Positions 1 to 8,241 of a stretch of 64,000 bases of DNA are shown piece after piece. The notes below the pieces were generated by a model. The model saw only the letters and a program-made list of their open reading frames with translations. It ran no database searches and was not told the origin of the DNA. Location: contig CASIBH010000006.1 in assembly GCA_949372805.1 (NCBI GenBank), positions 91,896 through 155,895 of the forward strand. Direction: 5' to 3'. How positions within the stretch are numbered: the stretch's first letter is position 1; every line of letters starts with the position of its first letter. The translations under genes and the position numbers were made by a program. The stretch comes from an uncultured Flavobacteriales bacterium. GTDB taxonomy: Bacteria > Bacteroidota > Bacteroidia > Flavobacteriales > BACL11.

Positions 1-2277
1 GGTATCAAGGAAGTGTTAGATAAGTTTCAGATAAAAAGAGTTGATCAAGTAATTGATTTTCTTGCAATGATGGGGGATGCAGCTGATAATATTCCTGGTA
101 TTTCAGGAGTTGGAAAAAAAACAGCTCAAAAATTTATAAATGATTATGATTCTGTTGAGGGTTTGTTTGCTAACACAGATCAATTAAAAGGTAAAATTAA
201 GGAGAAAGTTGAATCTTCAAAAGAGATTGGATTATTATCAAAAAAACTTGTAACTATTATCACTGATGTTCCAATAGATTTTGAGTTTGACGAAATGGAG
301 CTAGATTTTAATAATCTTGACGAATTAACAGTACTTTTTGAAGAACTTGAGTTTAGAAATTTTTTAAACAGATTTTCTCTACTTGCTAAAAATAATGATG
401 AAATCCTTAAAGAAGAAGAAAATAAACCTATAGAAAATGAAAAAACAAATGATACTCAATTTGATTTGTTTTCAAATGTTGTTCCAGCAATCAAATTGAA
501 AACTGGATTTAATATTAAGTCAAACACAAAAACTATTTCTACAATTAAAGATCTTACCAATTTTTTTGAGGTTAATTCTCAAGAGGATATATTAGTTTTT
601 AATTTTATCTACGATAAAGATAATACTTCTAGTTTGGGACTCTCATTTAAAGAAAATGAATTTGTTTTTATTAATCTAATAAATAGCTCCGAAAATTATA
701 CTCAATTATTAAAACAAATTTTTGAGGATTTAAAGATTACTAAAATCTCATATAACATCAAGTCACAGATCAAAATATTAGATGATTTAGGAATAGCTTT
801 AGTAGGAAGTATTTTTGATATAAATATAGCTCACTATATTTTGCATCCTGATATGAGGCACAATCTTGATGTTATTTCAGAAAATTATCTGTCTTTAAGT
901 ATCGAGAGTGATAAAGAGTTATTGCGAAAATCTCCTAACAAAAACACACTTACATATTTAAGTAGCGATAAGCTTACAGAAGTTTCTTCACAAAGAATTC
1001 AAGTGATTCAGAGTTTATATCCCATATTTCTTAAAGAATTAGATAATATTAAATCCAAAGATTTATTTTTAAATATTGAGATGCCTTTAATTAGAGTTTT
1101 AGCAAAGATGGAGGGTTATGGAATTTCTTTAGACACTAAGATGCTAAATGAGTACTCAATTGAGCTAGAAAAGGTTTTAAATAGTTCTGTGGAAAAGATT
1201 TACAATTTAGCTGGATCAGAATTTAATATTTCATCTCCAAAGCAATTAGGAGAAGTGCTGTTTGATCAAATGAGTCTCGTAAAAAAACCTAAGAAAACAA
1301 AATCTGGACAATATTCAACTTCTGAAGAAACGTTACAATCATTAAAAGAAGAGCATGATATAATTGAACACATATTGGAATACAGAGAAATAAAAAAACT
1401 ACTTAGCACCTATGTTAATGCTTTGCCACTCTTAGTTGATAATAATGGTAAAATACATACTACTTTTAATCAATCTGTGGCTGCTACTGGAAGACTCAGC
1501 TCAACTAATCCCAATATTCAAAATATACCTATTCGAACAACTAGGGGGATGAAGGTAAGAGAATCATTTACTGCAAGCAAAGACTGCCTTTTACTTGCTG
1601 CAGATTATTCACAAATTGAATTAAGAATTATGGCTTCTTTGAGTAAAGATAGTACAATGCTTAAGGCTTTTAATGAAGGTATTGACATTCACACTGCCAC
1701 AGCTGCCAAAGTATTTAAAGTAAATGTTGAGGATGTCACAAGAAATATGAGATCAAAGGCAAAATCTGTGAATTTTGGGATTATTTATGGTATATCTGCA
1801 TTTGGATTAGCACAAAATACTGGAATGAGTCGTAAGGAGGCGAAAGAGGTTATTGAACAATATTTTGAGGAATTTCCTGGTATAAAAATATATATGGATC
1901 ATTCTATTAACAAAGCTAGAGAAAATGAATTTGTAGAAACAATATTTGGTAGAAGACGTTATTTAAAAGATATTAATTCCAGAAATGCAATTATGAGAAA
2001 TGCTGCTGAGAGAAATGCAATCAATGCCCCCATTCAGGGCTCTGCTGCTGATATTATTAAAAAAGCAATGATTGATATTGATACAGAGTTGTCTAAACGA
2101 AATTTAAAGTCTAAAATGTTACTACAAGTACATGATGAACTTATTTTTGATATGTTAAAAACTGAAGAATTTGAATTAAGAGCAGTCGTAAATGACTGTA
2201 TGTCTAATGTCTGTGATATTTCAGTTCCATTAGTTGTGGATACTGGAGTTGGAGAAAATTGGCTTCAAGCCCATTAG
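1..2277 (+). CDS. polA: DNA polymerase I, 5' end cut by window edge
   Basis: The frame is open back to position 1. The 5'-nuclease H3TH is present (GDAADNIPGISGVGKKTA). Family-A polymerase motifs A (LLAADYSQIELRI), B (RSKAKSVNFGIIYG) and C (LQVHDELIFD) are all present. Confidence 0.95.
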   Translation, partial: GIKEVLDKFQIKRVDQVIDFLAMMGDAADNIPGISGVGKKTAQKFINDYDSVEGLFANTDQLKGKIKEKVESSKEIGLLSKKLVTIITDVPIDFEFDEMELDFNNLDELTVLFEELEFRNFLNRFSLLAKNNDEILKEEENKPIENEKTNDTQFDLFSNVVPAIKLKTGFNIKSNTKTISTIKDLTNFFEVNSQEDILVFNFIYDKDNTSSLGLSFKENEFVFINLINSSENYTQLLKQIFEDLKITKISYNIKSQIKILDDLGIALVGSIFDINIAHYILHPDMRHNLDVISENYLSLSIESDKELLRKSPNKNTLTYLSSDKLTEVSSQRIQVIQSLYPIFLKELDNIKSKDLFLNIEMPLIRVLAKMEGYGISLDTKMLNEYSIELEKVLNSSVEKIYNLAGSEFNISSPKQLGEVLFDQMSLVKKPKKTKSGQYSTSEETLQSLKEEHDIIEHILEYREIKKLLSTYVNALPLLVDNNGKIHTTFNQSVAATGRLSSTNPNIQNIPIRTTRGMKVRESFTASKDCLLLAADYSQIELRIMASLSKDSTMLKAFNEGIDIHTATAAKVFKVNVEDVTRNMRSKAKSVNFGIIYGISAFGLAQNTGMSRKEAKEVIEQYFEEFPGIKIYMDHSINKARENEFVETIFGRRRYLKDINSRNAIMRNAAERNAINAPIQGSAADIIKKAMIDIDTELSKRNLKSKMLLQVHDELIFDMLKTEEFELRAVVNDCMSNVCDISVPLVVDTGVGENWLQAH

Positions 2278-2286
2278 AAAATAACT

Positions 2287-2496
2287 CTATTTTTTAATAA
2301 ATAGTAAATACAGCACAACTAACGCTATCACACCAATAAATGAACTTCCTGCGTCTTGAACATTTCCCACTGGATCCCAGCTTAAAATTTTATCATCCAC
2401 TATTAATTGTACAATAATTCCAAGGCATAAAAAAGATAATGATAACGAAATCGCTTTGTTTAGTGTATCTATTATAAGTGAATATAATTTTTTCAT
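2287..2496 (-). CDS. small two-helix membrane protein, unknown function
   Basis: 69-aa ORF with two hydrophobic segments (LSLSFLCLGIIVQLIV and FIGVIALVVLYLLFI) and a KK C-terminus. A near-consensus -7 box (TATCTTTA, 2516-2523 on the minus strand) lies about 20 nt upstream. No family recognised. Confidence 0.5.
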   Translation of the reverse strand: MKKLYSLIIDTLNKAISLSLSFLCLGIIVQLIVDDKILSWDPVGNVQDAGSSFIGVIALVVLYLLFIKK

Positions 2497-2536
2497 AAAA
2501 GTTTTATTGATTTGCTAAAGATAGAATTAAATTTCT

Positions 2537-2575
2537 AAAAAAAAATAGCCCTACTTAAAAGAAGCAGGGCTATTT
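2537..2575 (-). terminator. rho-independent terminator of the 75-aa gene
   Basis: Perfect 10-bp stem (2543-2552 aaatagccct paired with 2566-2575 agggctattt) and a 13-nt loop. On the minus strand it is followed by a T-run (A-run 2537-2545 on plus). It lies 23 nt after the stop at 2598. Confidence 0.8.
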
Positions 2576-2597
2576 AATTAAAATTTAATAATTATTC

Positions 2598-2825
2598 TTA
2601 CTTTTTAGTTAAAAGTGAGAATAATACACATAAACCAACTAATCCGGCAAATCCTGCACCACCTAATCCGTTGATAACTCCCATTACATTGTCAATCACT
2701 GACAGTCCAAACATAGCACCATTTCCAAAAAGAATTTCTACAGCAACACCTAGTCCTAAAACTGTCATAATTAAACCTGTTAAGCCTTGAAAAAAGCCAT
2801 TAAAATACTTAAATACATTATCCAT
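2598..2825 (-). CDS. small glycine-zipper-rich two-helix membrane protein, unknown function
   Basis: 75-aa ORF with two hydrophobic, Gly-rich segments (GLIMTVLGLGVAVEILFGNG and GLGGAGFAGLVGLCVLFSLL) and a TKK C-terminus. It has its own -7 box and its own terminator. Confidence 0.6.
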   Translation of the reverse strand: MDNVFKYFNGFFQGLTGLIMTVLGLGVAVEILFGNGAMFGLSVIDNVMGVINGLGGAGFAGLVGLCVLFSLLTKK

Positions 2826-2855
2826 AATAATTTAATAATTTGATTAATACTACAG

Positions 2856-2863
2856 CAAACTTA
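2856..2863 (-). promoter_or_regulatory. putative Bacteroidota -7 promoter box TAAGTTTG
   Basis: Exact TAnnTTTG on the minus strand, 30 nt upstream of the ATG at 2825. Confidence 0.45.
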
Positions 2864-2983
2864 TAGTATAAATGATCTTTATCTAATTTAAAGCTTAACT
2901 TATTTTAAAGTTAGGCTAAAAAAACACGTCTTAATTGTTTTTTCAAAAATTTGATTTAAACATATGATTATCAGTTATTTATA

Positions 2984-3024
2984 TTTTTTTTTCTGTTTTT
3001 TTTCTGGTTTTTCTCTGACTTTTT
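2984..3024 (+). repeat. four T-tracts with exact 12-bp spacing (degenerate T(5-9)CTG unit)
   Basis: T-runs start at 2984, 2996, 3008 and 3020 (tttttttttctg / ttttttttctgg / tttttctctgac / ttttta). They sit inside the 303-nt gap between the SDR gene and the 75-aa gene. Confidence 0.6.
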
Positions 3025-3128
3025 ACACATTATATTGTTCAAAATCTAAGAAGCATAATAAGTAGTTGTTAATCAGTATTTTAAGTATGTTTTTTTGTTT
3101 TTTTTAAGAGTTTTTTTGAGTATTTTAT

Positions 3129-3842
3129 CTAAATTGAGATTTCTCTAAGTAAGAGCTCATTTGATTCAAAATTTTCTTGATTTTCAATTACATATAGTAT
3201 CTTCATGGCGATATCCTCAGCTTTTTCTAGATCTCCATTTTTATGATAATTTTTAAAGTTTTCTAACAAAGGGAATTCTTCTTCTTTTGCAGATCTAATT
3301 TTTAATTGCATATCTGTGTCTATAATTCCTGGCGAAATAGAAAATGATTTTAAGTTGTTAAATTCTTCATTAATACAAGAATTTAACATTTTTAGTGCAG
3401 ATTTAGATGCGCAATAAGTTGACCAGCTTGTAATTGGTCGGAATGCAGCACCTGAGCTGATATTAATTAATGTATGCTTAGTATTGCTTTGCTTTTTTAT
3501 TTTGGCAAGGAATTTATTTAAGATAATAGTTGGAGCAATAATATTTACCATATACTCTAAAATTATTTCTTTATTATCTCTTCTTCCTAATGGTTTTATT
3601 TCACCTATATCTCCAGCATTATTAACTAAAATTGTATGTTTTGAATTTACAAAACTTGGAATTTTTAGTGATAATAACTTTTTTTCATTACTTAAGTCTG
3701 CCTTTATAAATTTAAAATTTGTATTAGTTATACTATTTTTTCTAGAAACCCCTACAACCATGTATCCTTTGCTTAGCATTAAACTTGCTAAGGCTTTACC
3801 GACACCGCTACCGGTTCCACTAATAATTACATTTCTTTCCAT
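3129..3842 (-). CDS. short-chain dehydrogenase/reductase (SDR) family oxidoreductase
   Basis: Nucleotide-binding motif ISGTGSGVGKALA, NNAG motif, and catalytic YxxxK (YCASKSAL). Length is 237 aa. Confidence 0.85.
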   Translation of the reverse strand: MERNVIISGTGSGVGKALASLMLSKGYMVVGVSRKNSITNTNFKFIKADLSNEKKLLSLKIPSFVNSKHTILVNNAGDIGEIKPLGRRDNKEIILEYMVNIIAPTIILNKFLAKIKKQSNTKHTLINISSGAAFRPITSWSTYCASKSALKMLNSCINEEFNNLKSFSISPGIIDTDMQLKIRSAKEEEFPLLENFKNYHKNGDLEKAEDIAMKILYVIENQENFESNELLLREISI

Positions 3843-3955
3843 TCAGTTAAATTGTTTTTGTTAATACTTAATCTAAAGTTTTTGTTTATATACTTTTGTA
3901 AAAGTATTAAAATCAACCACTAAATTGTTAGACAATTTTATTAAACAAATCAAAT

Positions 3956-4852
3956 TTGAACAAAATAATATTTGCACATTTAGCTCTTTTTATTGTTAAT
4001 TTAATTTATGCTTTAAATTACTCAATCGCTAAAGATGTTATGCCAGAATTCATTAAACCTTCAGGCTTTATTTTACTTAGAGTTTCTACAGGAGTTTTTC
4101 TTTTTTTTATTTTTTTTAAATCGTTTATAAATGAAAAAATTAATAGATCAGATATTATTAGATTTTCCGCATGTGGTCTTTTTGGAGTTGCTATTAATCA
4201 ATTATTTTTTTTCGAAGGGTTAAGTCTCACAACACCCATTAATGCCGCTATTATTATGACTACTAATCCAATTTTAGTGATTGTAATTTCAGCAATACTT
4301 TTAAGAGATAAAATAAGTTTAAGGAAAATTATAGGAATTATTTTTGGTTTTATTGGTGCGTGTAATCTTATTCTTAATTCTGGAGATTTTAGCTTTAATA
4401 ATAATTTTTTAATTGGTAATTTTCTAGTTTTTATTAATGCAACTAGCTATGCACTTTACTTAGTTTTAGTAAAAGATCTAATGAACCGATATCATCCTAT
4501 TACGGTAATGTTTTATGTTTTCTTATTTGGCTTGATTTTTGTGATGCCATTTGGCTATGAAAACCTTATGTTAATTGACTTGCAAACTTTCACCAATGAA
4601 ATTTATTTAAAAGTTTTATTTGTAATAATATTTACAACATTTATTGCTTATTTATTTAATGGTTTTGCATTAAAGTCATTGACCCCATCAACTGTCAGTG
4701 TCTATATATATCTTCAGCCATTGCTTGCGTCTTTAATTGCTTTATCATTAAATGTTGACACATTAGATATTCAGAAAATTATTTCTACTTGTTTTATTTT
4801 TACTGCAGTTTTTTTAGTAAGTCTACCACAAAAAAAAGTGAAAACAGATTAA
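3956..4852 (+). CDS. EamA/DMT-family transporter
   Basis: About ten hydrophobic segments in two similar halves, 298 aa. It has an apparent TTG start, because no in-frame ATG precedes the first transmembrane segment. Confidence 0.7.
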   Translation: MNKIIFAHLALFIVNLIYALNYSIAKDVMPEFIKPSGFILLRVSTGVFLFFIFFKSFINEKINRSDIIRFSACGLFGVAINQLFFFEGLSLTTPINAAIIMTTNPILVIVISAILLRDKISLRKIIGIIFGFIGACNLILNSGDFSFNNNFLIGNFLVFINATSYALYLVLVKDLMNRYHPITVMFYVFLFGLIFVMPFGYENLMLIDLQTFTNEIYLKVLFVIIFTTFIAYLFNGFALKSLTPSTVSVYIYLQPLLASLIALSLNVDTLDIQKIISTCFIFTAVFLVSLPQKKVKTD

Positions 4853-4858
4853 CTTTCA

Positions 4859-4866
4859 TAGTTTTG
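4859..4866 (+). promoter_or_regulatory. putative -7 promoter box TAGTTTTG
   Basis: Exact TAnnTTTG, 16 nt upstream of the yicC-like ATG at 4883. Confidence 0.45.
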
Positions 4867-4882
4867 TGTAAAATATGATATT

Positions 4883-5779
4883 ATGATTCAATCAATGACA
4901 GGATATGGAAAGAGTGAATTAAATTTAGCTAAAGCTAATTTTATAATTGAAGTAAAATCACTAAACTCTAAGCAATTAGATGCAAATGTTAAAATTTCAT
5001 CTGCTTACAGAGATAAAGAGATTGGATTAAGAAAGCTTTTATCAGAAAACTTATTTAGAGGAAAGGTAGAGCTTTCTGTTTGGAAAGAGAAAAATGAATC
5101 AACATTACAAAACACACTCAACACTCAAGCGATTAAAGAATATTATAGTCAAATATTTGAGCTAAGGAAAGCGCTTTCCGCAACTAATAATATGTTTACT
5201 ATGAAGTCTTTTGATGCTGATTTACTTCCCACTGTTTTAAAGATGCCTAATGTTTATATTACAAAAGAAGATAATATAGTTGAAGAAGATTGGACACAAA
5301 TTAAAAGCTCAATCTTAAAAGCAATTGCAGAATTAATTAAATATAGAACAACTGAAGGTCTTAAATTAGAAAAAGACATAAATCTAAGAATAAAAAAAAT
5401 AAGTTCATTATTACTAGATATTAAGCCCTTTGCTGATTCTAGAATAAAGAAAATAAAACAAAACTTATTTGAAAAGATTTCAAGTATTGAAAGTAAGAAA
5501 GTTGATGAAAACAGGCTCGAGCAAGAACTAATTTTTTATCTGGAAAAGCAAGATATAACAGAGGAACAGGTACGGCTAAAGGCACATTTAGAATATTTTA
5601 CTGATACCGTAAAAACTGATTTCCCAAATGGGAAGAAACTTGGCTTTATAGCTCAAGAAATTGGAAGAGAAATTAATACAATAGGCTCAAAATCTTCTGA
5701 TGCTGATATGCAAAGGCTTATTGTGCAGATGAAGGATGAGCTAGAAAAAATTAAAGAACAATTATTAAATATTTTGTAG
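4883..5779 (+). CDS. yicC: YicC-family stress-induced protein
   Basis: N-terminus MIQSMTGYG and the C-terminal block LGFIAQEIGREINTIGSKS are typical of the YicC_N/DUF1732 family. Confidence 0.8.
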   Translation: MIQSMTGYGKSELNLAKANFIIEVKSLNSKQLDANVKISSAYRDKEIGLRKLLSENLFRGKVELSVWKEKNESTLQNTLNTQAIKEYYSQIFELRKALSATNNMFTMKSFDADLLPTVLKMPNVYITKEDNIVEEDWTQIKSSILKAIAELIKYRTTEGLKLEKDINLRIKKISSLLLDIKPFADSRIKKIKQNLFEKISSIESKKVDENRLEQELIFYLEKQDITEEQVRLKAHLEYFTDTVKTDFPNGKKLGFIAQEIGREINTIGSKSSDADMQRLIVQMKDELEKIKEQLLNIL

Positions 5780-6342
5780 TGGAAGGGAAATCAATTGTTA
5801 TATCAGCACCATCAGGTGCAGGAAAGACATCGATTGTTAGATTTTTAACTGATCATGAAAAATCATTACGTTTTTCGATATCTGCTTGCACTAGGAGCAA
5901 AAGAGGTAACGAAGTTGATGGTGAAGATTATTATTTTTTGAGTGAAAATGAGTTTAAATTTAGGATTGCTAACAAAGAGTTTTTGGAATGGGAGCAGGTT
6001 TATTCTAATCAGTTTTATGGCACATTAAATTCAGAGTTAGAAAAAATATGGAATAACAACAATCATGTTATTTTTGATGTTGATGCGATAGGCGGAATAA
6101 ATATTAAGAAGAAAATGCATAATAATTGTTTAGCATTATTTATTATGCCGCCCTCTTTAGATGTTTTGTCTAAAAGATTAAAATCAAGAGGAACTGATTC
6201 TAAAGAAAATATTATTACTAGACTAGATAAGGCCTCACAAGAAATTGCCTTAAAGGATGAATTTGATCATATAATTGTTAATGATAACTTAGAAATAGCA
6301 TGTCAAGAAACCTTAAAGTTAATAGAGAGTTTTATTAAATAA
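5779..6342 (+). CDS. gmk: guanylate kinase
   Basis: P-loop ISAPSGAGKTS, 187 aa. The GTG start shares one base with the upstream TAG (tagtgg). Confidence 0.9.
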   Translation: MEGKSIVISAPSGAGKTSIVRFLTDHEKSLRFSISACTRSKRGNEVDGEDYYFLSENEFKFRIANKEFLEWEQVYSNQFYGTLNSELEKIWNNNNHVIFDVDAIGGINIKKKMHNNCLALFIMPPSLDVLSKRLKSRGTDSKENIITRLDKASQEIALKDEFDHIIVNDNLEIACQETLKLIESFIK

Positions 6343-6348
6343 TTTAAT

Positions 6349-6918
6349 ATGAATGTAGGTTTATTTTTTGGCTCTTTTAATCCTTTCCATATAGGCCATA
6401 TGGCAATTGCATCGTATATTGTGGAATATACTAATTTAGATCAAGTGTGGTTTGTAGTGTCTCCTCAAAACCCCTTAAAGAAAAAATCATCTTTGCTTGA
6501 TCAATATCATAGATTACAAATTATAAGAGCTGAGATAAATGATATCGATAATTTAATTGCTTCTGACATTGAATTTTCATTATCTCAGCCCTCATATACT
6601 ATTGATACTTTAGCTTACCTTATAGGTAAGTATCAAGACTATAAATTTTCTTTAATAATGGGAGCTGACAATATTAACTCAATAAGCAAATGGAAAAACT
6701 ATATGCAAATTGTAAGTCACCATCCAATTATTGTCTATCCTCGTCCAAATATTAATTATAAAGAGATTTATAAAAATGTTACTTATCTAAAAGATGCTCC
6801 AATTATTGATGTTTCATCTAGTTTTATTCGAAGGTCAATAAAAAATAAAAAGAAAGTCTCGTTTTTAGTTCCTGAAAAGGCTTGGTCTTACATTGATGAA
6901 ATGAATTTTTATAAATAA
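6349..6918 (+). CDS. nadD: nicotinate-nucleotide adenylyltransferase
   Basis: GSFNPFHIGH (HxGH motif) and the SSSFIR (ISSTxxR-like) motif. Length is 189 aa. Confidence 0.9.
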   Translation: MNVGLFFGSFNPFHIGHMAIASYIVEYTNLDQVWFVVSPQNPLKKKSSLLDQYHRLQIIRAEINDIDNLIASDIEFSLSQPSYTIDTLAYLIGKYQDYKFSLIMGADNINSISKWKNYMQIVSHHPIIVYPRPNINYKEIYKNVTYLKDAPIIDVSSSFIRRSIKNKKKVSFLVPEKAWSYIDEMNFYK

Positions 6919-6921
6919 ATT

Positions 6922-7257
6922 ATGGATAAAATTTTTATATCATTTTTGATGTTTTTTCTTTTTGTTTCGTGTCTTGATAAAAAGGAAAATAACTCAGATG
7001 ATAATTTATTTACAGAATATAAAGGATGGTGGATTTATGGGGAAGGTCTTCATTTGTTTAAAGACGAGATTAGTCTTGATGAGTATGTTGTAATTTTTCC
7101 TAATGAAGACTCTATTGAAATAATAGACTTATATTTATCAATAGCTGAAATGGAATATTTCCCTATGGATGTTCAGCTAAATGGTAATGTATCTGAGGAT
7201 TCCTTGATTGTAAGTGATTTTGAAATACTTTACATTCAGGGATGTGACGAGCAATAG
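6922..7257 (+). CDS. small lipoprotein, unknown function
   Basis: Signal peptide with lipobox (LFVSC) and an acidic mature part. Length is 111 aa. Confidence 0.55.
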   Translation: MDKIFISFLMFFLFVSCLDKKENNSDDNLFTEYKGWWIYGEGLHLFKDEISLDEYVVIFPNEDSIEIIDLYLSIAEMEYFPMDVQLNGNVSEDSLIVSDFEILYIQGCDEQ

Positions 7258-7259
7258 AA

Positions 7260-8231
7260 TTATTCGCTATAAAGCACATTTATAACAGTTTCCCCAACTG
7301 CTTTTAAAGTTTCTTTACTAATATTATCCATATTATCTTGGTGAGTATGCCAATGCTTGTTGAAATTTGTTTTAGTAAAAGGGTCAAACTCAATAATATC
7401 AATTGTGGGTATACCTGCTATTGAATTGACATAATAATGGTCGTCCATAATTTCTGCACTTTTTTGATATACAAAATAATTAGAGTAACCTATTTCGTGA
7501 GCCTTAGACCATACTTTTTCTAAAATATTTTGAGCATAAAAATTTGAGATTCCTTCATGCCTAAATGTTGCTCCTTGAGCTCCAACCATATCTAAAAGAA
7601 TTCCGTATTTAGCAAAATACTCTTTTTTGTGAGGGTTTTTAGACCAATATTGAGAGCCAAGACACCATGAGTTGTTCATAACTGGATATTTTGAGTTTTC
7701 GGGTTGACCATAATCTTCCGCATCAAATAAGATTATATCAACACCAATACTTGGCGTTTGGATGTTTAAGTTTCTAGCTATCTCCAGTAGAACTCCAACT
7801 CCGCTTCCCCCATCATTTGCCCCTAATATTGGAGCCTCTTTATTTACAGTGTCATGATCGGCAATATGTCTGGAATCCCAGTGAGCAAAAAGAGCAATAC
7901 GATTGTTTAGATTAGGTAAATAGCTTGCAATAATATTATTCAGCTCATGTTTTTTATTATCATAAGTTGTTACTTGTGTTTTTTGAACTAACACATTGGC
8001 ATTATATGATAATAATTTTTTTTCTAGGTATCTGGAACATTTTCTCCAGGATTCACTACTAATGACTCGAGGTCCAAAATCAACTTGTTTTTGAATGAAT
8101 GAGTAAGCGCTATCCGCATTAAACTTTGGAACTATTACATTTATCTTTTCAGCTTTTGTTTTAATTTCTTTATCTTTCTTTTGTGAACATGATGAAATTA
8201 TTAAAACAAATAAAATATATGAGTATTTCAT
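7260..8231 (-). CDS. M28-fold lipoprotein resembling animal-type glutaminyl-peptide cyclotransferase
   Basis: The start is moved to the MKYSYILFVLIISSC lipoprotein signal at 8231, which also removes the overlap with cysS. Conserved blocks are AHWDSR, GANDGGSGVGVLLEIAR, ILFDAEDYG, WCLGSQYW and HWHTHQDNMDNIS. Confidence 0.65.
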   Translation of the reverse strand: MKYSYILFVLIISSCSQKKDKEIKTKAEKINVIVPKFNADSAYSFIQKQVDFGPRVISSESWRKCSRYLEKKLLSYNANVLVQKTQVTTYDNKKHELNNIIASYLPNLNNRIALFAHWDSRHIADHDTVNKEAPILGANDGGSGVGVLLEIARNLNIQTPSIGVDIILFDAEDYGQPENSKYPVMNNSWCLGSQYWSKNPHKKEYFAKYGILLDMVGAQGATFRHEGISNFYAQNILEKVWSKAHEIGYSNYFVYQKSAEIMDDHYYVNSIAGIPTIDIIEFDPFTKTNFNKHWHTHQDNMDNISKETLKAVGETVINVLYSE

Positions 8232-8241
8232 GAATTGTATT

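Noticed and set aside
3484-3864. 126-aa plus-strand ORF
   Set aside because: It lies entirely antisense to the well-supported SDR gene. The Phe/Leu/Ile-rich translation is what the reverse strand of an AT-rich gene produces, and it has no motif.
3951-3958. CAAATTTG near-match to the -7 box overlapping the TTG start of the EamA transporter gene, and an exact TACTTTTG at 3891-3898
   Set aside because: The near-match would force a start inside the first transmembrane helix. The exact box is 57 nt upstream and plausible, but I could not decide between them, so neither is listed as a feature.
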